Shown piece after piece: positions 54,994 to 64,000 of a stretch of DNA of 64,000 nt. The notes below the pieces were generated by a model. It was given only the letters and a program-made list of their open reading frames with translations, was not told where the DNA came from and searched no databases. Origin of the DNA: an uncultured SAR86 cluster bacterium (GTDB lineage: Bacteria > Pseudomonadota > Gammaproteobacteria > Magnimaribacterales > AG-339-G14). A program made the position numbers and the translations under genes. The DNA lies in assembly GCA_902526045.1 (NCBI GenBank), contig CABZJI010000001.1, positions 189,248 through 253,247 on the forward strand. Reading direction: 5' to 3'. Each line of letters opens with the position of its first letter. The stretch's first letter is position 1.

Positions 54994-55170
54994 TTCAATA
55001 AATTTTGAATAAAGATCTTAATCCTCTCTTTCAGTACCAGAAAGAATTGTATGTAATCTTGCTTCTGATTTCTTTTAATTTCATAATAATGCCGTACAAA
55101 CGTACTGTAAATTTTTAAATACATACAAATTTTCAAAGGTAAGTGAAATTAGATTTTCAATGGGTGAAAT

Positions 55171-55776
55171 ATGAAAATATGCATAGTTTTTGGTCATTTC
55201 AATACAAATGATTCTTTTAATGCAGCTATAAGAGATACTTTTATCGAAGAGGCTAAAAAAGTAGGTCACGAAATAGATTTAATAAATTTATATGATGAGG
55301 AAGAACAATTACCTTTTTATAGAAGTGATATTAATCCTCCGCCAAAATTAGTCTTAGATTATCGAGATAGACTTGAACAGTCTGATGCTATGTTTCTGAT
55401 GGGTGCTTGTCACAATCTAAGAATGAATGTCATCATTGAAAATTGGATAGATTGGGTTTTGCATCCAACATGGTTTTTTTCTTACAAATCAATTTTTCCT
55501 GATAGTAAATTTTTTAAGAATTATGGCTATCCAGTCGCAGGAGCCATGAAGAACAAGATAGGAATTGTTTCAATATCCTATGGAGGACCGATGGTGAGTT
55601 ATTTTAATTTTTCTTTCTTCAAAAACATACCTTTTAGAAGATTAAAAAAAACTGTTTTTCAACTAGGTGGTATGAAAACAAGATATTTAAGGTTTTTTTC
55701 GGTTTTACCAAACATGAATAAAAATGAATTTGATAAACACATGAAAAAAGTTAGAAAATTTGCTAGAACCTTATAA
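55171..55776 (+). CDS. flavodoxin-like-fold NAD(P)H oxidoreductase (putative)
   Basis: 201 aa. The N-terminal MKICIVFGHFNTNDSFNAAIRDTFIEEAKKVGHEIDLINLY resembles NAD(P)H dehydrogenase (quinone)/Flavodoxin_2 proteins. Confidence 0.55.
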   Translation: MKICIVFGHFNTNDSFNAAIRDTFIEEAKKVGHEIDLINLYDEEEQLPFYRSDINPPPKLVLDYRDRLEQSDAMFLMGACHNLRMNVIIENWIDWVLHPTWFFSYKSIFPDSKFFKNYGYPVAGAMKNKIGIVSISYGGPMVSYFNFSFFKNIPFRRLKKTVFQLGGMKTRYLRFFSVLPNMNKNEFDKHMKKVRKFARTL

Positions 55777-55796
55777 AAATAATATTTCTATTGGAG

Positions 55797-56591
55797 CTAA
55801 AGGTATTTATTAAAGAAGATCCCTAATAAATCAACAACATTTCTGCCTATAACTCTGTCCCCATCAAAAGCATGGCCTTCATCAGCATATATATGAAGCT
55901 CAGCAGTCCTATTATTTTTTTTAAGAATCTCATAAAAATCAGTTGTCTCGCTTAAAGGAACTGTTTGGTCTCCAGATCCATGTATTAACAAACAGGGAGG
56001 AAAATTTGATAAATCATATTTTATAGGACTTGCCTTTTCGTAATCTGCTGAAGTTGCATCATCTCCCATCATGAACGCAAAAGCATTAAATTTTCCTTCT
56101 GGAACTTCCTCTCTCACAAGAGTTGGCGGGTAAATTGCGCACACTGCCTTAACTTTACTATCAAACTCGTTGTGGCCACCCGCACCCTCAAAACTATCAC
56201 TATCGACTGATGCCATTAGGGATAGATGACCTCCAGCAGAGTTGCCAGTAACTCCAATTCTGTCTGGATCGATATCATATTTTTCATGATTCGCTTTTAG
56301 ATACCTTATAGCGCACTTAATATCTTCAAGATGAGATGGCCATTTGGCCTCTTGAGAGAGCCGATAAGAGGCACATAAGCAGACAAAACCCAGTCTAGAT
56401 AATAAAATCCCATGTCCTCTTAATTGAGTTTTATCACCTTCCATCCATCCACCCCCATGAATAATTATAATTGCAGGTTTTTTTGAATTATTTTCTGGTG
56501 GAAAGAAGAGATCTGCAAGTAAGTCCCTATTACCGCCCTTACCAATGACAACATCATCTTGGATGGTTACAAGCTTTTTATTCTTATCCAT
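55797..56591 (-). CDS. alpha/beta hydrolase (esterase/lipase, HGGG type)
   Basis: 264 aa with HGGGW, GNSAGGH and a C-terminal HAFD. Confidence 0.8.
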   Translation of the reverse strand: MDKNKKLVTIQDDVVIGKGGNRDLLADLFFPPENNSKKPAIIIIHGGGWMEGDKTQLRGHGILLSRLGFVCLCASYRLSQEAKWPSHLEDIKCAIRYLKANHEKYDIDPDRIGVTGNSAGGHLSLMASVDSDSFEGAGGHNEFDSKVKAVCAIYPPTLVREEVPEGKFNAFAFMMGDDATSADYEKASPIKYDLSNFPPCLLIHGSGDQTVPLSETTDFYEILKKNNRTAELHIYADEGHAFDGDRVIGRNVVDLLGIFFNKYL

Positions 56592-57644
56592 TCAATTATG
56601 AGTTATTGATATTAATCCAGGTACCTTGCCGTTTTTTAAATCATCAAGAATTCCATTGATTTCTTCTGCAGGTTTACTTTCAACTGGGATAGGATCTATT
56701 TTTCCTTCTTTTACTAGCTCCATAAGCTCTTTCATTTCTTGATAGCTTCCCACATAAGTACCTACCAAGCTTCTTGCTCCTATCGTCAACAAAGGGAGTC
56801 GAAGGTTTATGGATCCACCAAATAAACCTGTGACAACATAAATGCCGCCTCTTCTGAGTAAGTTGTATCCAAAATTAACAGATGCCTCAGCTCCTACATA
56901 ATCAACTATATATTTAGCTCCTCCACCGGTTAGCTGTTGAAGCTTTTCAAAGGCACCAACTTTTGTAGAATTGACAACTTCGGAGGCCCCAGCTGCTTTA
57001 GCTAATTCTAATTTTTCATCATCTATATCAACAATTATTGGATTTATATCAAAAGCTGCTTTCGCTATTTTTAAAGCTAACAAACCGAGTCCTCCAGCGC
57101 TCACGATTATCAGTGAATTGTCTCCTTTAACAGGATTAGCTCTTTTCAATGCACTGTAGGCTGTTAGACCTCTGCAAGCGTAGGATCCAGCTAAGTCATC
57201 CGGAGTATCACCAGCATCAAATAGATATTTTTCATCCGGAACTAAAACATATTCTCCGTAACCGCCCGCTGTATTGATACCGAGATTTTTTGAAGTCATA
57301 GGGCCGCAGTAATGTTCATTTCCACTGACGCACAAATCACAATCTCCGCAACCTATCCAAGGAAAAGCTACATATTTTTTGCCAATTTCAATTGACTTTG
57401 CTCCTTCGCCTTTCTCTACGACTTCGCCAAAAATTTCATGACCCATAGTCAATGGCTCAATGAGAGGTATTGGTAATTTACTCTCACCCCCAAGACTGAA
57501 AAAACCATCATGGATATGAACATCTGAATGACAGATACCACAAGAGGTTGTTTTAAGCAGGACTTCTTTTCCACTTGGAGAAGGTTTTTCCAATTCATTT
57601 GCAATTAGGGGTTTTCCGTTTTCTACCACCTGATAAGTTTTCAT
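56592..57644 (-). CDS. zinc-dependent alcohol dehydrogenase (MDR family)
   Basis: 350 aa with GICHSDVH, GHE, a structural-Zn Cys cluster (CGDCDLCVSGNEHYC) and GAGGLG-like SAGGLG. Confidence 0.9.
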   Translation of the reverse strand: MKTYQVVENGKPLIANELEKPSPSGKEVLLKTTSCGICHSDVHIHDGFFSLGGESKLPIPLIEPLTMGHEIFGEVVEKGEGAKSIEIGKKYVAFPWIGCGDCDLCVSGNEHYCGPMTSKNLGINTAGGYGEYVLVPDEKYLFDAGDTPDDLAGSYACRGLTAYSALKRANPVKGDNSLIIVSAGGLGLLALKIAKAAFDINPIIVDIDDEKLELAKAAGASEVVNSTKVGAFEKLQQLTGGGAKYIVDYVGAEASVNFGYNLLRRGGIYVVTGLFGGSINLRLPLLTIGARSLVGTYVGSYQEMKELMELVKEGKIDPIPVESKPAEEINGILDDLKNGKVPGLISITHN

Positions 57645-57703
57645 ATATTTCTCCTATAAAAAAATACTAACATAATAATTTTTATCGCAAAACGAATGTA
57701 GAA

Positions 57704-58606
57704 TTGGCCCTTGTAGTCAAATTTATGAAAGCAACTTTGGTTAATTGGATATTAGTTCTGTTTGTCAGCTTCAGTTGGGGTGCATCTTTTATGTTTACCA
57801 GATTGGCTGTGGATGAAATAGCACCAACTTATTTAGTTATTGCTAGACTCTTTTTAGCCAGTATTTTATTGGGTCCAATTTTCATAAGGATGAAAGATTT
57901 GATTCTTATGAGCAGAGAAATGCCCTCTATATTAATCCTCGGTATCATAAATGCTGCCTTACCATTCTTTCTTTATGCATACTCGGCACAAGATCTTAGC
58001 GCAGGGATGTTGTCTATCTTAAACGGTACATCACCTCTTTTTGCTTTGATAATTGCAATAACCCTTTTCAAACAAAATACTACCTTGTTACAAATTTTAG
58101 GCCTCGGTCTCGGGTTTGTTGGATTGCTAATATTTATTGGATTTAATCAACTCTCCTTTATTTTCTTTCCTGTATCTCTTTGTTTGATAGGCGCTTTTTG
58201 TTACGCCTATTCAAATAACATTCTTTTTAAGCTTAATCATATTAGATCCGCTGCTCTAGCATCTGTAACGATGATTTCTGGATTCTTTTTTTCCTTGCCT
58301 TTAATTTTCATGGAAACTTCGGAGTTTTCGTTAAACCTATCGCCACAAATAATTTTCGCTATTTTTTTTCTTGGGCTTGTCTCTACAGGAATATCCTTCA
58401 TAGCATACGTAGTGCTTCTTCAAAGATCCTCTCCTGTTCAAGCTTCTTCTATTATATTTTTAGTGCCAGTAACAGGAATATTTTGGGGGGCTGTTTTTTT
58501 AGGTGAAGCTATCACTAGAAATGTTTTAATGGGAGCAGCCTTTATTTTGGTTGGCATTGCCCTAACAAACCTCTTCAAGCCTAAAGAATTATTTAAGGAC
58601 GTCTAA
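57704..58606 (+). CDS. EamA/DMT-family transporter
   Basis: 300 aa with 10 TM helices in two EamA halves. The track start is TTG at 57704; the ATG at 57725 is an alternative. Confidence 0.8.
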   Translation: MALVVKFMKATLVNWILVLFVSFSWGASFMFTRLAVDEIAPTYLVIARLFLASILLGPIFIRMKDLILMSREMPSILILGIINAALPFFLYAYSAQDLSAGMLSILNGTSPLFALIIAITLFKQNTTLLQILGLGLGFVGLLIFIGFNQLSFIFFPVSLCLIGAFCYAYSNNILFKLNHIRSAALASVTMISGFFFSLPLIFMETSEFSLNLSPQIIFAIFFLGLVSTGISFIAYVVLLQRSSPVQASSIIFLVPVTGIFWGAVFLGEAITRNVLMGAAFILVGIALTNLFKPKELFKDV

Positions 58607-60341
58607 TTGATTCCACTAGGCTCACTACTGATTGTGGTGGAGCATTAGAAGCTCGTGTTATGATCAACATCAAGGCAAAATTAATTGCCATGCCAACTAC
58701 ACCGATTCCCTCTGGTGATATTCCTAAGAGCCAAAATTCAGAGCTGTTTAGTTCTGGAGAAATGAATTTAAAAAAAACAATATAACTAAAAGTAAAAACT
58801 AATCCTGCAATCATGCCTGTTATAGCAGCTTCCTTAGTAGTTTTTTTTGAAAATATTCCCATAAACAAAACTGGAAAAAGGGTTGATGCGGCTAGCCCAA
58901 ATGCAAATGCAACTACTTGAGCTACAAATGCAGGCGGATAAATTCCAAGAAAGCCGGCCAATAAAATAGTTAACGCAGCAGCAATTCTTGCAAATGTGAG
59001 TTCTTGTTTTTCAGATATTCTTGGCGTGAACGTCTGCTTTAAAAGGTCATGAGATATAGCTGATGAAATTACCAATAATAATCCAGCAGTTGTTGATAAA
59101 GCCGCTGCTAAACCCCCAGCAGCTACCAAAGCAATTACCCAAACAGGTAAATTAGCGATTTCAGGATTAGCCAAAACAATAATATCCCGATCCAAATAAA
59201 CTTCATTTGTATTTGAGTCGTCTGACATGTTGGTCAGCAATCTTTGCCCAAATTCTCCTCTATCACCCGAATAATTTGGTTTATTTCCTTCAAAAGGACT
59301 TCCTGGGGAATATTGCATTTTTCCATCTTGATTTTTATCAGTCCATGAAATCAAACCAATGTTCTCCCAATTTTTAAACCAAGAAGGAGCATCTTCATAA
59401 AAAGTATTTTGAACAGAATCCACAAAATTTAATCTTGCGAAGGAAGCAACTGCTGGGGCAGTGGTATAAAGGATTGCAATGAATACCAGTGCATATCCAG
59501 CTGATCTTCTTGCAGCCTGCATATCGGGGACTGTAAAAAATCTTACAATAACGTGAGGGAGGCCACATGTTCCAAACATCAATGCTGCTGTTATGCAAAA
59601 AACATCGATCATGCTTTTAGAATATTCTGTATATGGAGCAAATCCTAAATCCACCAAGGTTTTATCTAATTTATCTATTAAATAAATATCACTTCCAAGT
59701 AACTTATCCCCAAAGCCCAGCTGCGGGAAGGGATTATCAGTCAAAATAATTGAAAGAAATATTGCAGGAACTAGATAGGCAAATATCATCACGCAGTATT
59801 GTGCTACTTGCGTGTAGGTAATGCCTTTCATGCCTCCAAGGACTGCATATATAAAAACAATCCCCATTCCGATTATCACACCCATTTCTATTTCTACTTC
59901 TAGAAATCTAGAAAAAACTATTCCGACCCCTCGCATTTGACCAGCTATGTAGATAAAAGAGATGAATATCAAACAGATCACTGAGACTACTCTTGCTACG
60001 TTTGAGTAGTATCTCTCTCCTATAAAATCAGGAACAGTATATTTTCCATATTTTCTTAAATAGGGCGCCAACAAAAGTGCTAGAAGGACATATCCTCCTG
60101 TCCATCCCATAAGATAAACAGAACCATCTCGACCAAGGAAGGCTATCAATCCTGCCATTGATAAAAAAGAAGATGCTGACATCCAGTCAGCAGCCGTAGC
60201 CATTCCATTTGCTACTGGATTGACTCCTTTCCCAGCTACATAAAATTCATTCGTTGATTTAGCTCGAGAAGCTACAGCTATTCCAATATAAAGAGCAAAA
60301 CTGAGTCCTACAAACAGATAAGTAAGAGTTTGAGCTTCCAT
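58593..60341 (-). CDS. sodium:solute symporter, large subunit (VC_2705/ActP-like subfamily)
   Basis: A 582-aa polytopic SSS-family protein, immediately preceded by its DUF4212 small subunit with a 1-nt overlap. Confidence 0.88.
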   Translation of the reverse strand: MEAQTLTYLFVGLSFALYIGIAVASRAKSTNEFYVAGKGVNPVANGMATAADWMSASSFLSMAGLIAFLGRDGSVYLMGWTGGYVLLALLLAPYLRKYGKYTVPDFIGERYYSNVARVVSVICLIFISFIYIAGQMRGVGIVFSRFLEVEIEMGVIIGMGIVFIYAVLGGMKGITYTQVAQYCVMIFAYLVPAIFLSIILTDNPFPQLGFGDKLLGSDIYLIDKLDKTLVDLGFAPYTEYSKSMIDVFCITAALMFGTCGLPHVIVRFFTVPDMQAARRSAGYALVFIAILYTTAPAVASFARLNFVDSVQNTFYEDAPSWFKNWENIGLISWTDKNQDGKMQYSPGSPFEGNKPNYSGDRGEFGQRLLTNMSDDSNTNEVYLDRDIIVLANPEIANLPVWVIALVAAGGLAAALSTTAGLLLVISSAISHDLLKQTFTPRISEKQELTFARIAAALTILLAGFLGIYPPAFVAQVVAFAFGLAASTLFPVLFMGIFSKKTTKEAAITGMIAGLVFTFSYIVFFKFISPELNSSEFWLLGISPEGIGVVGMAINFALMLIITRASNAPPQSVVSLVESIRRP

Positions 60342-60571
60342 TAATCCTTTTCCTCATTTTCTAACTTTTCAATCAAAAACGAATAAGAAAAAATTATAAT
60401 AATGAAAGTATAAATACTTCCTTGTTGTGAAAACCAAAAGCCTAATTCAAAGCCACCGATTTTAATGAAAGATATTTGTTCAGAAAAAAGGATTCCGAGC
60501 CCGAAGGAACAGAAAAACCAAAAAAATAACAAAGATGATAAAAGAACTAAATTCTTTTGCCAAAAGCTCAT
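60341..60571 (-). CDS. DUF4212 small subunit of solute:sodium symporter
   Basis: 76 aa with two TM helices. Its size and position are those of the small partner of this SSS subfamily. Confidence 0.72.
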   Translation of the reverse strand: MSFWQKNLVLLSSLLFFWFFCSFGLGILFSEQISFIKIGGFELGFWFSQQGSIYTFIIIIFSYSFLIEKLENEEKD

Positions 60572-60585
60572 TGAGTTATTTTAGG

Positions 60586-61428
60586 TTAACTTGATGCTTT
60601 AACAACCCAAGTAGCACTTTCGAACTCTAGGCCTTGGCTATTCTTATGGGATTCATACACTTCAGCTAACTCATTAACGATAGGTTCCTTTTCTGCATCA
60701 CTCATTCCTTGAAGAGCATTACTAATAATGGGATTCAATGCCATGAAGTCTTTAGCTGCATCGTAAGAGGATTTATTGGGAAACAAGTAAATTTTTTCTA
60801 CATTATTATCTATAGAATAATTACTGAAACCAGAGCTTTTTAAAATTTCCTCAAGATAGATTTCTTCTTCAAAGGCAAAAGGGCTAGGCGCTCTAGGTTG
60901 TGCAGGAGGTAAATCAAAGTATTTTTTTAAAATCCCTATGGGTTTTGTATGCCAAGGATTTTTACTAGGATGTTGCCAACAAACGAAGGAAAAACTTCCA
61001 TCAGTTTTTAAGGTTTTCTTCAAATTTTTGAAACTCGAGATTGGATCAGTGAAAAACATGACGCCAAAACGGGAAAATAAATGATCGTATTGATCATCAA
61101 GCTCATGTTCTTGAACATCTTTATTGATAATCGAAATATTGGTTTTATTATTTTCGATAGCAAGCTCAAGAGTTCTAGCTAACATGGGGACAGAAATATC
61201 TAATCCAGTAACTCTTCCTTCAGGACCTACTTTATCGGATAGTAAAAGTGTTGTGGTTCCTGTTCCACAACCAACATCTAATATGGAATCACCTTTTTGA
61301 ATATCTAAACTATCGATAGCTTTTTTCCCTAAGGGATTTAGCATGGTATCCATTTCAAATTGTTTATCGACCCAATAGTCGCCACCACCACCAGACCAGA
61401 ATTCAATTTGTTGTTTATTAGCTGACAT
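60586..61428 (-). CDS. class I SAM-dependent methyltransferase
   Basis: 280 aa with the ILDVGCGTGTTT motif I. Confidence 0.85.
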   Translation of the reverse strand: MSANKQQIEFWSGGGGDYWVDKQFEMDTMLNPLGKKAIDSLDIQKGDSILDVGCGTGTTTLLLSDKVGPEGRVTGLDISVPMLARTLELAIENNKTNISIINKDVQEHELDDQYDHLFSRFGVMFFTDPISSFKNLKKTLKTDGSFSFVCWQHPSKNPWHTKPIGILKKYFDLPPAQPRAPSPFAFEEEIYLEEILKSSGFSNYSIDNNVEKIYLFPNKSSYDAAKDFMALNPIISNALQGMSDAEKEPIVNELAEVYESHKNSQGLEFESATWVVKASS

Positions 61429-61586
61429 TAGAAATAATTAATATGATATTTTCAGAAAATTATAATGTCACATCATAAATACTTTTCTGATACTTTAGAG
61501 TGCATAATCTTAGAAGTTTTAGTCTCTTATAAAGTTGTTTATAAACTGCTTCTGTATTAATTTAGTTATATTCGAAAGAGGAAAAA

Positions 61587-61991
61587 ATGAATCTACGTTA
61601 CATATCTTATTTGCTTTTTATGGTCTTAATAAACTCAGGAGTTAATGCACAAGCTACTGAAAAGCTTGAACCAGTTGCAAAAAAGGGCCAAGTAATTGTC
61701 ATTTATCGGAGTCCATGCCCTAGTGGAAAAACCAAAGCTGCTATGAAAAAGATTGAAGAAATAATTAGCTACGAAAGAAAGAATAGCCCAGTTAGCTACT
61801 CATCTTCACCGGGTAATTGGGAAGATGGTCAAGTTGGCGCTGTCGATTTGCATGCATCACAAAATGCAATGGAAATGGCCTTTGCTTGGCAAGAATCAGA
61901 TAAAAAATGGTCGAAAATGTATGATGATGTTGCAAAAATTTGTGGCACGACTATCGAAGATTTCCATGTCCACATGCTTACAGCTTATTGA
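61587..61991 (+). CDS. hypothetical secreted protein
   Basis: 134 aa with a signal peptide (LINSGVNA/QA). I recognise no motif. Confidence 0.5.
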   Translation: MNLRYISYLLFMVLINSGVNAQATEKLEPVAKKGQVIVIYRSPCPSGKTKAAMKKIEEIISYERKNSPVSYSSSPGNWEDGQVGAVDLHASQNAMEMAFAWQESDKKWSKMYDDVAKICGTTIEDFHVHMLTAY

Positions 61992-62025
61992 ATAAATTCT
62001 ATTGATTGATCTGCATTGGGGTCTT

Positions 62026-62982
62026 TTATAAAAAACTGTTTGTAGATTCAATAAGCAACTCTCGTATTTCTTTTTCAAAAGCTGAGTGACCTGAAAAAGG
62101 TGCTATTTTTAACTCTGCTTCTGGCCACTTGCTGCTGAGTTCATAGGCCGTAGTAGGCGGACAGACCACATCGTATCGTCCTTGAACTATGATGCAGGGA
62201 ATGTGCCTAATCTTATCAATGTTATCAAGGAGTTGATTTTCATGATCTAAAAATCCCTTATTAACAAAATAATGATTTTCAATAAGTGCAAACGCTAAAG
62301 CAAATTCTGCATTGATAGATTCCTTAACCGCTCCAGGATTATGGTTTATGTAGCTAGTTGAAGCTTCCCATTTCGACCAAGCTCTTGCAGCTGAGAGCTT
62401 TTTTTCTTTATCTTCTCCATTGAATATTTTTCTGTAAGCTTCCATCAGATTGGATCTTTCCTCTGGCTGAATTTCATCTAAAAATCCTTGCCAAGCTTCA
62501 GGGTAAATCTCACTCGCGCCATATTGATAGAACCATTCCAGTTCTTTTTGACGAAGCATGAAAATACCTCTCAGGATTAATTCAGAAACTCTTTCAGGGA
62601 ATTTTTGTGCGTAAGCCAAAGACAGCGTGCTTCCCCAAGAACCTCCAAAAATAAGCCATTTTTCAATTTCAAGCTTTTCTCTAATAGATTCAATGTCATC
62701 GACTAAGTGCCAAGTTGTATTATCCTCGAGGAAGGCATGAGGTTTGCTTCTCCCGCACCCTCTTTGATCAAAAACAACAATTCGATATTTTTTTGGATTA
62801 AAAAAACGTCTTGAAAGTGTTCCGCCACCTCCGCCCGGTCCCCCATGTAGAAAAATGGCTGGCTTGCCTTTTGGATTTCCTGATTGCTCATAATATATCT
62901 CATGGATGCCTTTTTTTATAAAACCGGAATCAAAAGGTTCAATCGAAGGAAACAATTTATTTTTTTTACTAAAAAATGCCAT
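62026..62982 (-). CDS. pip: prolyl aminopeptidase (proline iminopeptidase)
   Basis: 318 aa with HGGPGGG, FDQRGCGRS and GGSWGSTL. Confidence 0.93.
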   Translation of the reverse strand: MAFFSKKNKLFPSIEPFDSGFIKKGIHEIYYEQSGNPKGKPAIFLHGGPGGGGGTLSRRFFNPKKYRIVVFDQRGCGRSKPHAFLEDNTTWHLVDDIESIREKLEIEKWLIFGGSWGSTLSLAYAQKFPERVSELILRGIFMLRQKELEWFYQYGASEIYPEAWQGFLDEIQPEERSNLMEAYRKIFNGEDKEKKLSAARAWSKWEASTSYINHNPGAVKESINAEFALAFALIENHYFVNKGFLDHENQLLDNIDKIRHIPCIIVQGRYDVVCPPTTAYELSSKWPEAELKIAPFSGHSAFEKEIRELLIESTNSFL

Positions 62983-63038
62983 TATGTTTTATATTAAATT
63001 TAGAAAACAAAAATAGAAAGTTTATTTAATAAAAACTT

Positions 63039-63842
63039 ATGAAGACTTGGGCGGCAGAAGCATTGAACACAGCTCCGGATTCAAAAAATGAAATCCACGG
63101 AGATAAGCTTGCAAAGGAATTTGGTTTCAGGGGCGGGCTAGTTCCTGGAGTGACCATCTCCGCTTATCTATTACATCCCGTTATAGAAAAATGGGGAATA
63201 GAGTGGCTTAATAACGGTTATGCAAAATGCATAATTACTTCACCGTTGTACGATAAAGAAAAATTTGAAGTAATTTCTGAAGAAGTTTCGGAAGAAAAAA
63301 TACTTACCACACTTAATAAAAGCGATCAGATCATTAGTGCAAATGCTGAAGCTGCACTTTCAAAGAATTCTCCAAAACCTCCAAAACGTAGAGGAGATAA
63401 AATCGCATCTGAGAATTATGTAGGGCCTCAAGCGTCAAAAGATATTTGGGACAAGCTTAAAAGGGAAGGGTGTTTTTCTTTTCGATATCTTTGGGGCGGA
63501 GAAAATCCCTTAATTTATTTACGCGATCCAAATCAACTTCCTGATCTGCTGAATCCAAAAAAAGAGGGTTTTGCAAATTTATGTTTTCTTTTGGGATGTT
63601 CAAACTGGATTCTTGCGAGTAATGCATACATGAATCCTTGGATACATCTTCAAACGACATCTCATAATTTCAAGGCAGTCCCAATGGAGACGTCATTGAT
63701 TGCAGAAATGCAGATTAAAGATTGTTATGACAAAAAAGGGCATGAATTCATAGATGTCGATGTAAATCTTTTCAACGAACATAATGATGAATGCATTATG
63801 ATAATAAATCTCTTAGCAATATATAAAGTAAGAGGAGCTTAA
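63039..63842 (+). CDS. hypothetical protein, possibly double hotdog (MaoC-dehydratase-like) fold
   Basis: 267 aa. The N-terminal NEIHGDKLAKEFGFRGGLVPGVTISAY resembles MaoC-like hotdog proteins. The assignment is weak. Confidence 0.45.
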   Translation: MKTWAAEALNTAPDSKNEIHGDKLAKEFGFRGGLVPGVTISAYLLHPVIEKWGIEWLNNGYAKCIITSPLYDKEKFEVISEEVSEEKILTTLNKSDQIISANAEAALSKNSPKPPKRRGDKIASENYVGPQASKDIWDKLKREGCFSFRYLWGGENPLIYLRDPNQLPDLLNPKKEGFANLCFLLGCSNWILASNAYMNPWIHLQTTSHNFKAVPMETSLIAEMQIKDCYDKKGHEFIDVDVNLFNEHNDECIMIINLLAIYKVRGA

Positions 63843-63866
63843 TAATTGAGAGAAGTGGGGGGAGAA

Positions 63867-64000
63867 TGACTAAAGAATCATGGTTTTTGATTTTAACGGC
63901 AATTGGTGTTGCTCTGGTTTCTCTGGGATACGGAGTAAATCCAAAGCTTGGGATGCCCTTGCTATATGGGATTGATATAGAAAGCGTTAACCAAATAAAT
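63867..64000 (+). CDS. small membrane protein, 5' fragment (runs off the right edge)
   Basis: The ATG at 63867 is preceded by GGGGGGAGA. The translation MTKESWFLILTAIGVALVSLGYGVNPKLGMPLLYG... is hydrophobic. Confidence 0.4.

Noticed and set aside
54994-55170. A possible small RNA or other element in the 220-bp gap after the NMO terminator, and the 62-aa minus ORF at 55081-55269.
   Set aside because: Only short hairpins (TCTTTC/GAAAGA, GTAC..GTAC) with no T-run or conserved core are present. The ORF is AT-rich, overlaps the start of the next gene and has an implausible composition.
1-64000. A search by eye for tRNA, rRNA, tmRNA, SRP RNA, CRISPR repeats, IS elements, integrases, phage genes, and toxin-antitoxin or defence-system genes.
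   Set aside because: I found none. Every gap longer than 100 bp (12126-12233, 28440-28668, 38561-38752, 54951-55170, 61429-61586) was read, and none shows cloverleaf-type or repeat-spacer structure. A tRNAscan, Infernal or CRISPR-finder run would be needed to be definitive.

Overview
This is a 64-kb window from a tightly packed, AT-rich Gram-negative genome. Gene order (rpoH-thiS-thiG-trmB; yggS-proC-yggT-metX-metW-rdgB; argS-efp; lgt-thyA-folA) resembles Pseudomonas/Cellvibrio-type gammaproteobacteria, probably a streamlined marine lineage; that placement is inference. I can support about 74 protein-coding genes and one clear intrinsic terminator. I found no rRNA, tRNA, CRISPR array, transposase, integrase or phage gene. 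The window falls into three zones. (i) 1-9.2 kb is an accessory cluster of poorly characterised oxidoreductases and hydrolases: Rieske oxygenase, GST, acyl-CoA ligase, nitroreductase, glucokinase-like, CMD, DUF3445, DUF1330 and two alpha/beta hydrolases. (ii) About 9.2-26.8 kb is visibly more GC-rich and switches arginine codon preference from AGA to CGN. It holds nadB, a BI-1-like protein, an SMR pump, a 2,499-aa secreted giant protein, a PNPOx-like protein, uvrD, and a TRAP transporter wrapped around a lipoprotein M19 dipeptidase. (iii) 27-64 kb is mostly housekeeping, plus a six-gene TonB2-type energy-transduction cluster (DUF3450, TtpC-like, ExbB, ExbD, TonB, TPR) and a right-hand set of accessory redox, hydrolase and transport genes. 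The best candidate for something undescribed is the giant ORF at 12195-19694. Its domain chain is signal peptide, FecR-like beta-sandwich, a ~200-aa polyacidic spacer, six cadherin-like repeats, a ~1,100-aa orphan region with 18 Cys in nine short-range pairs, and a TbpB-type C-terminal beta-barrel of the kind recognised by Slam/type XI secretion. It has no lipobox and no Slam gene nearby. Other points worth a second look are the compositional block itself, the TRAP/dipeptidase pairing, a zapE gene with no canonical start codon, an unannotated 57-codon ORF coupled to the enoyl-CoA hydratase, and the near absence of terminators with pervasive 3'-end overlaps at convergent junctions. All family assignments rest on motif reading of the translations. 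No database search was run.
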